From positions 1-26,693 of IMG/VR virus record IMGVR_UViG_3300021962_000543: 26,693 nucleotides of DNA; one strand, 5' to 3'. The notes under the pieces were generated by a model. That model was not told the origin of the DNA, did no database searches, and saw nothing but the letters and a program-made list of their open reading frames with translations. This document shows positions 1-8,532 of this stretch, piece by piece. The translations under genes and the position numbers were made by a program. The DNA is from a virus (lineage: Duplodnaviria; Caudoviricetes). Numbering within the stretch: the stretch's first letter is position 1; every line of letters starts with the position of its first letter.

Positions 1-2
1 AC

Positions 3-452
3 TGTAATGCTTTAGGAATACCTTACTATATTTTTTCGTTTCCTTCAATGGATTTAAATATAGTAGAACCAGAGATTAATTGTAGTCCTCTTATTGGAAG
101 AGAATATGAGTTTGGAAAACATGATTGTTTAGAAGCTGTACGAGACTACTACAAAGAATACCTAAATATTGAACTACAGAAAAGACTACCATACTTAGAT
201 GATTGGTGGAAGTACGAAGAAGATTATTTTACAGAAGCCCATATAAAAGAATGGGGCTTTAGTAAAGTAGAAAGTTTAGAAAAAAACGATATAGTAATTT
301 TTCAAATGGGAGCAGATGTACCAAACCATTGCGGAGTTTACTTAGAGAACGATATATTTTTTCACCATGCCGTAAATCGACTTTCATGTCGAGAAAATCT
401 TTACCCTTTATGGGGAAAGTATTTAGTTGGAATATACAGATACAATGCGTAA
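3..452 (+). CDS. Tail tip assembly protein K-like (NlpC/P60 domain), 5'-truncated by the window edge
   Basis: The frame is open from position 3 (CNALGIPYYIFSFPSM...). It has the GREYEFGKHDCLEAVRDYY catalytic-Cys motif and NHCGVYL..FFHH, typical of lambda gpK NlpC/P60, and lies directly upstream of an I/J gene. Confidence 0.88.
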   Translation, partial: CNALGIPYYIFSFPSMDLNIVEPEINCSPLIGREYEFGKHDCLEAVRDYYKEYLNIELQKRLPYLDDWWKYEEDYFTEAHIKEWGFSKVESLEKNDIVIFQMGADVPNHCGVYLENDIFFHHAVNRLSCRENLYPLWGKYLVGIYRYNA

Positions 453-3400
453 AATTTACTTAGAAGGACAGTTAGGGCAAAAGTTTGGGACTTCACACTT
501 GTTCTGTGGGGACACTCCTGCAGAAGCGATTCGTCTTATTGGAGCAAACTATCCCGAATTCAGAAAATATCTTATTGAGTGCCATGAAAATGATGTAGGA
601 TTTCATATCGAAGTCAATAATCAAGAAATAGATATTGCTGAATGTCTTCTTCCTCTTTCTCAAGGAGATATAATTATTACTCCAGTTCCTGCAGGTTCTA
701 AATCTGGCGGCTCAAAAATTCTCACTGCTATTGCAATAGCATCTCTTTTCTTTATACCTGGCAATCCTTTAGGGCTTTATGCAACTTCAAGTATGACTGT
801 ATCTGGTGTAGGGATGACAACCGCCACATATACTACAATTACTGGTCTAAGTATGCCAGGCCTGATCTTAGCTGCAGTAGGAGTAAATTTAGCTTTAGCA
901 GGCCTGCAACAGATAATGGCCCCCGACCCTGCTACAGATCAGAAAAATGAAGAAGGATACTTATTTACTGGAGACGCAGCAAATGTTGTAGAAGGAGATC
1001 CTGTTCCCGTTCTTTACGGAGAACTTCGAGTTCCTGGTATTCCAATCTCAACTGAAGTTTTACCGAATACATCTACTGCAAATTTCTTTGGAGCTCATCG
1101 TAGTAATTTTAATAATGATGTTGACTATAGTTTAGCAAGTGCTGACGCTATGCTTGCTCTTTACGAAATGAGGCAAGCTACTAAAGACGGAGTCGACAAA
1201 ACTAGTACTTTATCAGTAAATTCTGTAAAAGACCCTGCTGGCAGAAGTCAGAATATAGTTACTACAAGCGTTATTTCAGAAGGTCCAATCTATGGGTTAG
1301 TGAATGGAGCAGCTTCTGTATATTTAAATAGTGACCCAGCTTTAGACCCAGTAGATAGCAATAGTGGCTCAAAAGCAACTGCTAGTTTTACAAATGGATT
1401 TCAGTCTGGAACCACTACAAATCTCTCTAGTTCTCATGTAACTTCGACTGAAGATAATACTACAGCAAGAGGTATTATTGAAAACTATAAAACTGGAACT
1501 GCAACTGTTAATTATCAGTATACTTTTATTCAAGATGGCGTTGGAGGATACTATTCAGGAAGTGAGTTTCAAATTATATCAAGCACTTCTGTTTTTACTT
1601 CTGATATGCAGTTTGACCCTGCGGAAAAAGTAAATACAAAAGTACGACTAATTAACTCCGCTGGAGAAACTCTATATGAAGATGTAATTACACGACATAT
1701 AAACGGTACAACTGTAAATATTGGGTGGGGCTCTCTGCCTCTTAGTATTACAAATGGAGCGTCTTACAGTTTTGCAATAGATTATGTTGATGATATAGTA
1801 GTAGCTAGTAATGGTAGCACAACTTTAGGAACTAATTTTGGAGGCTCAACAGGAGATTACAATCTTCGTGTAGGTGGTTCTGAAGAAGCTTTAGATACTG
1901 GAGATAACTTCTTTACTGCAGGAAAATATAAAAATTTCGGAGTACAATTTAGAACAGGACATCTATATCAAGAATCTCTAAAAAGCTTAGACGGTACTGG
2001 AGATGGAAATACCGCAATAACTACATCTTTAAATAATGCTATAGTTGGTCCTGGAAATACTGGAACAAATACCTATACTTATAATACTACTACTCTTGGG
2101 CTCTCTGCGGCTCAAGCAGCAGAAGCAGATGAAGTAAGATTTTTAATTTCTTATGGGAGTCTTATTAATAATACTGGTAAAGGAAAAGAAAAACCAGGAA
2201 AAGCATGGTATAAAATTGAAGTACGATTTACAAATGATGGAACTAATTTTACCGGATGGATAGTAGTACATGACAAGAAAAGACATTATGGTCAATATAC
2301 CTCTACCTTTACATTTGATGAATACATAAACTTAGAACAATTACGTCCGGCTGGAGCTATAGATTGGGAAGTAAGAATAACTCGTCTAACCGATAATGAT
2401 GTAGCGTATGAAGATACCTACAATGTACTAGGCCCCTCTGATTATACTAGCCAGACTCCTGCTACCATTACAAGTGCGACAACTACAATTAAAGAGTTGT
2501 TAAGCTACCCTTTAACTGCTGTAGCAAGAGTACAATTTAACTCCCAAGATTTTAGTGGTATGCCTTCTATCGGTTACCACTGTAGAGGAATGAAAGTTAA
2601 AGTTCCTTCTAATTATATTACTCGCGAAGAAGCAAGTGATGGCGTTGCTTCGTATAAAAGAAATGTTTCTAGTGGAGCTGTAGAAAGCTCTTACCAAAAC
2701 TGGGACGGAAATTTTAGAGCAGAAAAAGTTTATACAAATAATCCTGCTTGGGTATTTTATGACGTACTCATAAATAATCGCTACGGACTGGGTTCATATT
2801 TAACAGAAAATGATATTGATAAATATGCACTGTATCGTATTGCACGTTACTGTGATGAACTCGTAGACAATGGTAATGGTGGTTTAGAGCCAAGATTTAC
2901 AACTAATGTTTGGCTTACCAAAGCAACAGATGCCTATAAAGTATTAAAAGATTTAGCAACCGTTTTTCGTGGAATGCTGTACTGGTTAGATGGAGAAATT
3001 GTAGGTATAATCGACCAAGCAAGTGATGCAGTTTATAACTTTAGTTCTTCAAATGTAATTGGTGGACAGTTCTCTTATGAGTCTACTGGTAGTAAAACTC
3101 GTTCTAATCAAGTAGGAGTCACCTGGAATAATCCTCGGTCTGACTATAAGCCAGAAGTTTTACTTGTGGAAGACGGAGAAAACATTGCAAAAACAGGTAA
3201 AATTATTAATGAAAGTGCTGTTGCATTCGGAGCAACTTCAGAAGGTCAAGCACTTCGTTATGGTCGTTGGAAACTTTGGACTGCAAAAAATCAGACAGAA
3301 ATTGTTGCTTTTGCAACTGCAATAAATGCAGCATTTTTACGCCCTGGTGATATAATTAATGTACAAGATCCTTATCGTCATCCTCCTTATCAAACATTAA

Positions 3401-6150
3401 GTGGACGTATTTCTTCTTCTGGAACACGTACAACTTCTATTATTCCACTTGATAGGGAAATAACTTTACAGGCTGATTCTACTTATGAGCTAAATGTATT
3501 GATTGAAGAGGCGGGTGCATTCTTAAGCCAAGATTCCGCTACAATTAGTAGCACTACTTATACAGTTGGAGAACTGATACTTGGAGTTACTTCGGAACTA
3601 AATGCAAGTAATATTGTTGATGATTCTGGAAATCCCGTACAAATTGTATGGAAGCCGTATACTCGAGTAGAAACTCAAACTGTAAGTACCTCTGCGGGCA
3701 CTGGAATAACTTCTCTTACAGTTAGCAGTGCTTTCAGTGCTATTCCTAATGCGCAAACTGTTTGGGCATTGAGAAGAACTCTTACTGCTTCAGAAGCAGA
3801 AGTTATTGGAACAAAACAAGAGTATAAGGTACTTTCAATAACTCAAAACGAAGATACTACGTATAATATTAGTGCAGTAAAACACTATAATGAAAAATTC
3901 AATGCGGTAGATAAAAACTGGACTCTATCTGTAGAAGACCCAGTTTATCCTCCCGAACTTGCAGACGATATTGTTCCTCCTCCTGCAAATGTTTATTTAG
4001 TACCACAAGCTCTTGATTCTGATGCAATTGCAAATGATGTTACTCTTTATTGGGATACTCCTTTAAACTCTGATGGAACTCCCTATAATAAAGTTGCATC
4101 TTACGAACTCTATCACAATCTTTCGGAAGTAAAACAGAATCCGATATATTTGCCTGCACAGTTTAATAATGTGGGGCCGTACGAGTTTCCTGTAGGTACA
4201 ACGACTGTTACAATAGCTACAGTAAGCAAAAGCGGTAAAAAATCAAAACCGAAAAAAGCGTTTATAAATATTACTGGGGCAATTCAAGAAAAGAATGTAC
4301 CTAGAATTAATGGTGTTGCACGGGGTGGGGTTTCTAACTCCCCGATTAGTTTAAATGTAAGCACTGAATTTGAATTTACAAAAACTGACTATACCTTTAG
4401 CCCTGTAGGTGCTCCTGATATAGAAGTTTTAGGGTCTACTGGTACAGCTGCAACTTATAAACAAGATGTATCAAATATTCCTGTAATATCAGATGCAACT
4501 TGGGCGGCTTATAGTACAAAACAGAAATATAATGCTGCTCATTTTATTTTAATTGATTCAAGTGATGCAAGTGATCCAATTAAACTTATAAAATGGTATG
4601 AAGACTCAACTTTAGGAATTAACTATTACTATAATTCTGGAACTGGAAACACTGCTGCAAGCAGTCATTGGTCTGCTGTAACAGGTACAATTACTATTGC
4701 AGCTAGAAGCAATAAAGTAAGTGGTAGTGGTACTACATTTACTTCTGATTTTGAAGTTGGCGACTATGTCAAGATTGGAACAAGTAATGTTGCAAAAATT
4801 TCCTACATTGGAAACAATACTACTATGTTTATTGATAGAAGCTTTGCTTCCTCTATTTCGGGAGAAACTGCATATGCTCCTACGCTTCGAATTGATAAAA
4901 ATAATGATTCAATTATTGCAGGGGTAAGAAACCTACAAACTGGTGGTTTTAAATTAATTATTGCTCCAAACTTTACAGTAGTAGCTGACCCGGAAGTATA
5001 TGAAGGCGATGACGGTATAATACAAACAGAAGGCTACGTTTATTATAATACTGCTAGTCCATCTGCACCAACTAGCCCAGGAACTTCGGCGACTTATACT
5101 TGGGCAACTGGTGCAATTACTGGAATGAACTCTGGGTGGCAACAAACTCCACCACAAATGACTGCAGGAAGTAATGGTCAATTTTGGTATGCAAGATATT
5201 TTGTAAATCAGTCAGCCGCAACCGATACTACTAGTACTCCAACTTTTGGTACAGTATCTGCAGGGCATAACTTTACTGGACTTGTTACTTTCCAGTCTGG
5301 CTCATTAACAGATGGGACTTCTACTTTTAATCCTACTACTAAAGTTAGTATTGGTGGAGCAGCATACGATATTAATACTAATATTACTACAATTGATGGT
5401 GGTCAAATTACTTCTGGAAGTATTACTGCTTTACAGATTCAAGCTGATACAATTACAGCAAACAAATTAACAAATAGTAATACGAATACTAGTTATAACA
5501 GTGGAAACAATATATTTTCTATAGGAAATACGGGTAATACTGTTGATGTAGGCGGAACTTCATATTGTGCAACTGGATATTTTTATTCAAATACTTCGAA
5601 CTGTTCTGCAATTATTGCGGAAGCGAATGCAAATTCAAATGCGGCAATTGTAGGCACAAGTAAAGGAAACAATACTTCTGGATGGGGCGGATTCTTTGGC
5701 TGGTCTGCAACTTCCAACTATTCTGATAGCGGTAAAAATAAAGTATTTATTGGTGGAAGCTCCTATCATATCTTAGCTCAGGATGGTACAACTACAAAAT
5801 TCTCAGTAAGTGAAGGCGGAGATGTAGTAGCGGCAGGTAACGTAACAGCTTATTCTGATGTAAGACTTAAAGATGACATAGAATTAATAGATGGTGCTGT
5901 AAGTAAATGTATGGATCTTAAAGGAGTTACTTTTCTTATGAAAGGAAGAAAGCAGAGATCCACAGGATTGTTAGCACAAGATGTACAAGCAGTTTTGCCA
6001 GAAGCTGTATCCGAAACAGAAGATGGAGTATTAACACTTGCTTATGGAAACTTAGCAGGATTATTTATTGAAGCAATTAAAGAGCTTAAGACTGAAATAT
6101 CTGAATTAAAACAAGAAGTTAAGAGATTAAAACATGACTCTTCAGACTAG
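445..6150 (+). CDS. Fused tail assembly protein I + central tail fibre/tip attachment protein J, with C-terminal peptidase S74 intramolecular chaperone
   Basis: The ATG at 445 overlaps the K stop (ATGCGTAA). The N-terminus is gpI-like (RKIYLEGQLGQKFG..IIITPVPAGS..hydrophobic segment..GDPVPVLYGE). J motifs include ISEGPIYGL, RGMKVKVPSNY, WDGNF..YTNNPAWVFYD..RYGLG, YCDELV..EPRF and TIDGGQITSGSITA. The C-terminus reads TAYSDVRLKDDI..GLLAQDVQAVLPEAV..YGNLAGLFIEAIKEL followed by a coiled coil. Confidence 0.9.
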   Translation: MRKIYLEGQLGQKFGTSHLFCGDTPAEAIRLIGANYPEFRKYLIECHENDVGFHIEVNNQEIDIAECLLPLSQGDIIITPVPAGSKSGGSKILTAIAIASLFFIPGNPLGLYATSSMTVSGVGMTTATYTTITGLSMPGLILAAVGVNLALAGLQQIMAPDPATDQKNEEGYLFTGDAANVVEGDPVPVLYGELRVPGIPISTEVLPNTSTANFFGAHRSNFNNDVDYSLASADAMLALYEMRQATKDGVDKTSTLSVNSVKDPAGRSQNIVTTSVISEGPIYGLVNGAASVYLNSDPALDPVDSNSGSKATASFTNGFQSGTTTNLSSSHVTSTEDNTTARGIIENYKTGTATVNYQYTFIQDGVGGYYSGSEFQIISSTSVFTSDMQFDPAEKVNTKVRLINSAGETLYEDVITRHINGTTVNIGWGSLPLSITNGASYSFAIDYVDDIVVASNGSTTLGTNFGGSTGDYNLRVGGSEEALDTGDNFFTAGKYKNFGVQFRTGHLYQESLKSLDGTGDGNTAITTSLNNAIVGPGNTGTNTYTYNTTTLGLSAAQAAEADEVRFLISYGSLINNTGKGKEKPGKAWYKIEVRFTNDGTNFTGWIVVHDKKRHYGQYTSTFTFDEYINLEQLRPAGAIDWEVRITRLTDNDVAYEDTYNVLGPSDYTSQTPATITSATTTIKELLSYPLTAVARVQFNSQDFSGMPSIGYHCRGMKVKVPSNYITREEASDGVASYKRNVSSGAVESSYQNWDGNFRAEKVYTNNPAWVFYDVLINNRYGLGSYLTENDIDKYALYRIARYCDELVDNGNGGLEPRFTTNVWLTKATDAYKVLKDLATVFRGMLYWLDGEIVGIIDQASDAVYNFSSSNVIGGQFSYESTGSKTRSNQVGVTWNNPRSDYKPEVLLVEDGENIAKTGKIINESAVAFGATSEGQALRYGRWKLWTAKNQTEIVAFATAINAAFLRPGDIINVQDPYRHPPYQTLSGRISSSGTRTTSIIPLDREITLQADSTYELNVLIEEAGAFLSQDSATISSTTYTVGELILGVTSELNASNIVDDSGNPVQIVWKPYTRVETQTVSTSAGTGITSLTVSSAFSAIPNAQTVWALRRTLTASEAEVIGTKQEYKVLSITQNEDTTYNISAVKHYNEKFNAVDKNWTLSVEDPVYPPELADDIVPPPANVYLVPQALDSDAIANDVTLYWDTPLNSDGTPYNKVASYELYHNLSEVKQNPIYLPAQFNNVGPYEFPVGTTTVTIATVSKSGKKSKPKKAFINITGAIQEKNVPRINGVARGGVSNSPISLNVSTEFEFTKTDYTFSPVGAPDIEVLGSTGTAATYKQDVSNIPVISDATWAAYSTKQKYNAAHFILIDSSDASDPIKLIKWYEDSTLGINYYYNSGTGNTAASSHWSAVTGTITIAARSNKVSGSGTTFTSDFEVGDYVKIGTSNVAKISYIGNNTTMFIDRSFASSISGETAYAPTLRIDKNNDSIIAGVRNLQTGGFKLIIAPNFTVVADPEVYEGDDGIIQTEGYVYYNTASPSAPTSPGTSATYTWATGAITGMNSGWQQTPPQMTAGSNGQFWYARYFVNQSAATDTTSTPTFGTVSAGHNFTGLVTFQSGSLTDGTSTFNPTTKVSIGGAAYDINTNITTIDGGQITSGSITALQIQADTITANKLTNSNTNTSYNSGNNIFSIGNTGNTVDVGGTSYCATGYFYSNTSNCSAIIAEANANSNAAIVGTSKGNNTSGWGGFFGWSATSNYSDSGKNKVFIGGSSYHILAQDGTTTKFSVSEGGDVVAAGNVTAYSDVRLKDDIELIDGAVSKCMDLKGVTFLMKGRKQRSTGLLAQDVQAVLPEAVSETEDGVLTLAYGNLAGLFIEAIKELKTEISELKQEVKRLKHDSSD

Positions 6151-7513
6151 TGGACCAATTTCTTTAGATGACGTAAATGTAGAAATTACAACTAAGTCTT
6201 CTGGAGACCAAATATCATTAGATGACTCTGATGTTCGTGGGCTTACTCCTAATTCTACATATGCAGATGCTTTACACGGAACTGGAATAAATACAACTTC
6301 TGGAACTATTATTAGTGCTTATGAATTATACGGGGCTTCCGCAGGAAATAAATATACTGCTTTAAGTGGAAGTCCTTCCCCCGTAAATGAAGGAAATTCT
6401 GTTTCTTTTACAGTAACTACATCGGGGGTTACAAATGGAACAACAGTAGGATATACAGTAACAGGAATAAGTTCTGCAGATTTATCTTCCGGAAGTTTAA
6501 CTGGAAGTATTACTATAAATTCAAATACTGGATCTGCTACTTTTGGAATAGCAGCGGACTCTTTAACAGAAGGAACAGAAACTTTAACAATAACTCTTGC
6601 AAGTACTGATAGTGCTGGCAACGCTACAGCAAGTTTATCTGCTAGTGTAAATATAAATGACACTTCTACTACTCCTGCTCTTTCAGTAAGTATTAGTGGG
6701 ACAATGAATGGAACTGTAACAGCTTGTTATGGTGCTACAGCAACAACTTCAGCTACTACTAGTGCAACTGCGACTCCTTCAGGAGGAAGCGGTTCGTATA
6801 GTTATTATTGGGAGCTCTTAGGAGGAGCCTGGAGTCAAAGCGGTGTAGTAGCTTCAGGTGCAAATTTTACAAATACGCGATATGTTGCTACTACTGGAGC
6901 AACTGTAACTGGGTATCCAAGTCCTACATCTAGTAGTTCGGGATATGCTAGTGGAACTGTAAAAGTAACTGTAACTGATACAGTTACAGGAAATACAGCA
7001 ACAGCAACTACTTCTGCATATCATACTTGGAATTGGTATCCTCCAGCAGGTTATGTTTACTATTATTACTGTTCTGGATATGATGAATATTATGTATATG
7101 CAACTGATAATTGTGGGAATACAGCAAGTGCTTTATACCAAACTTGTAGTCCTAGTTGTACACCTTCTTTAAGTGTTAGTACTAGTGGTAATTTTAATGC
7201 AAGTGTTACAGGGTCTTTTACTCAAACTTTATCAGCTACTTCAGGTACTGTAACTGCATACCCCTCTGGAGGAAGTGGAGGATATAGTTATCAATGGAGT
7301 CTTGATAGTTATAGTGTAAGTAATATGAATGCCACTGCTGCTTCATTTGGAAGTGGACAATCTCAAAGTACAACGGGAAGTACTTCAGGAACAAAAAGTG
7401 GAACAGGTACAGGATATATTTATGTTACAGTATCAGTTACAGTAACTGATAGCTGTGGAAATACAGCAACAGCTTATGTAAACGGAACTCATACGTATAC
7501 ATTTACATTCTAG
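6134..7513 (+). CDS. Putative fibre-tip adhesin (capping N-terminus, Calx-beta-like domain, two Ig-like repeats)
   Basis: The MTLQTSGPISLDDVNVE..ISLDDSDVRGL N-terminus is of the type seen after S74-bearing fibres. VNEGNSVSFTVTT..TEGTETLTITL..INDTS is Calx-beta-like. There are two LSVS..PSGGSGxYSYxW..VTVTD..GNTATA repeats. The protein is Ser/Thr/Gly rich. Confidence 0.65.
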   Translation: MTLQTSGPISLDDVNVEITTKSSGDQISLDDSDVRGLTPNSTYADALHGTGINTTSGTIISAYELYGASAGNKYTALSGSPSPVNEGNSVSFTVTTSGVTNGTTVGYTVTGISSADLSSGSLTGSITINSNTGSATFGIAADSLTEGTETLTITLASTDSAGNATASLSASVNINDTSTTPALSVSISGTMNGTVTACYGATATTSATTSATATPSGGSGSYSYYWELLGGAWSQSGVVASGANFTNTRYVATTGATVTGYPSPTSSSSGYASGTVKVTVTDTVTGNTATATTSAYHTWNWYPPAGYVYYYYCSGYDEYYVYATDNCGNTASALYQTCSPSCTPSLSVSTSGNFNASVTGSFTQTLSATSGTVTAYPSGGSGGYSYQWSLDSYSVSNMNATAASFGSGQSQSTTGSTSGTKSGTGTGYIYVTVSVTVTDSCGNTATAYVNGTHTYTFTF

Positions 7514-7521
7514 GAGAAAAA

Positions 7522-7731
7522 ATGGCAACTTTACCAGAATCAATTCAAAGATTTAACATAACTTCGGACGACCTGGAGCACGTAACAGGAGACTTATTTG
7601 GCCTCATGCATACTACATGGCCAGAAAGTGATACTGATTATACACTTCGAATAGGTCAGTGGGGGTACGCGCTCTCAAGGCAGCAAGTAGAAATACTGAG
7701 AGATACAATATTACTAGGTCTTAACACCTAA
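7522..7731 (+). CDS. Hypothetical protein (69 aa)
   Basis: Strong AGGAGA RBS overlapping the upstream stop, ATG start, and it fills the gap before the promoter. No recognisable motif. Confidence 0.7.
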   Translation: MATLPESIQRFNITSDDLEHVTGDLFGLMHTTWPESDTDYTLRIGQWGYALSRQQVEILRDTILLGLNT

Positions 7732-7773
7732 AGAAAAATAATTCTTGACATAAAATGTGTGCTTTGATATAAT
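7732..7773 (+). promoter_or_regulatory. Consensus sigma70 promoter with extended -10 and A-rich UP element
   Basis: TTGACA (7745-7750), 17-bp spacer, TG-n-TATAAT (7765-7773), AT-rich upstream AGAAAAATAATTC, and an AGGAGA RBS at 7783-7788 before the ATG at 7795. Confidence 0.9.
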
Positions 7774-7794
7774 TATCAGCATAGGAGAATATAA

Positions 7795-8133
7795 ATGGCC
7801 GCAGGGACTTATAATTTACAAATAGACCAGGGTTCTGATTTCGCAGTTAACTTAGCCCTGAAAGAAGGCGGAGTAGCCACAGACTTGACTAGCTACTCTG
7901 CTCGTGCACAGATGCGCTCGACAAAAGACGCTGCGACTGCGGCGGCTACATTTACTTGCACCATTATGAATCCTACTGCTGGCACTCTACAAATGAGCCT
8001 TCCAAATGCAACTTCAGCAGCTCTTGATGCCGGATTATACTATTATGATTTAGAGATTTATACATCCGGTGATGGAATTGTGACACGAATTTTGGAAGGA
8101 ACTGTTACAATTGATCAGAATGTAACACGATAA
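7795..8133 (+). CDS. Side-fibre collar/anchor protein (T5 p132 / BppU N-terminal-like beta-sandwich)
   Basis: YNLQIDQGSDF..DLTSYSARAQMR..GTLQMSL..GLYYYDLEI..VTRILEGTVTIDQNVTR pattern; first gene of the fibre operon. Confidence 0.75.
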   Translation: MAAGTYNLQIDQGSDFAVNLALKEGGVATDLTSYSARAQMRSTKDAATAAATFTCTIMNPTAGTLQMSLPNATSAALDAGLYYYDLEIYTSGDGIVTRILEGTVTIDQNVTR

Positions 8134-8513
8134 TGGAAGTAACAATAACGGTTGATGAAACTGCTGTCACGGTAACAGAAGATACTACGACAATAAACAT
8201 CACACCTACGACATATGAAGTATCTATTGAAGCGGTTGCGACATTGATTCCAACTGCTCTTTCTATGTCTGTTACTCCCTACAAAACGATTACTAAAACA
8301 AACGTACAACAAGCATTAGAAGAATTAGCTGATCAAAATTTTCGCGGCACTACTACTCCTACTGGAAGCACATTAGAAGTAGGAGATACTTGGTACGATA
8401 CAGCAAATAATATATTTTACGTATACCGAACAGTTAGTGGAATTACAGACTGGTATCCATTACTCAACACCGATGTAGGTGAGGAGGATAATCTGGACGG
8501 AGGAGCCTTTTAA
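8133..8513 (+). CDS. Proximal tail fibre segment (126 aa) ending in DGGAF
   Basis: TAATG coupling to the collar gene. It has a TNVQQALEELA coiled-coil motif and a P..GDTWYD..FYVY fibre module. Confidence 0.65.
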   Translation: MEVTITVDETAVTVTEDTTTINITPTTYEVSIEAVATLIPTALSMSVTPYKTITKTNVQQALEELADQNFRGTTTPTGSTLEVGDTWYDTANNIFYVYRTVSGITDWYPLLNTDVGEEDNLDGGAF

Positions 8514-8532
8514 GGCTATTTAGGGGCAAATA

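Noticed and set aside
427-444. TTG start at 427 given by the ORF track
   Set aside because: The ATG at 445 overlaps the K stop and gives a typical gpI N-terminus.
8504-8517. AGCCT-TTTA-AGGCT hairpin over the DGGAF stop codon
   Set aside because: Only a 5-bp stem, no U-tract, and it does not cover the RBS; could be chance.
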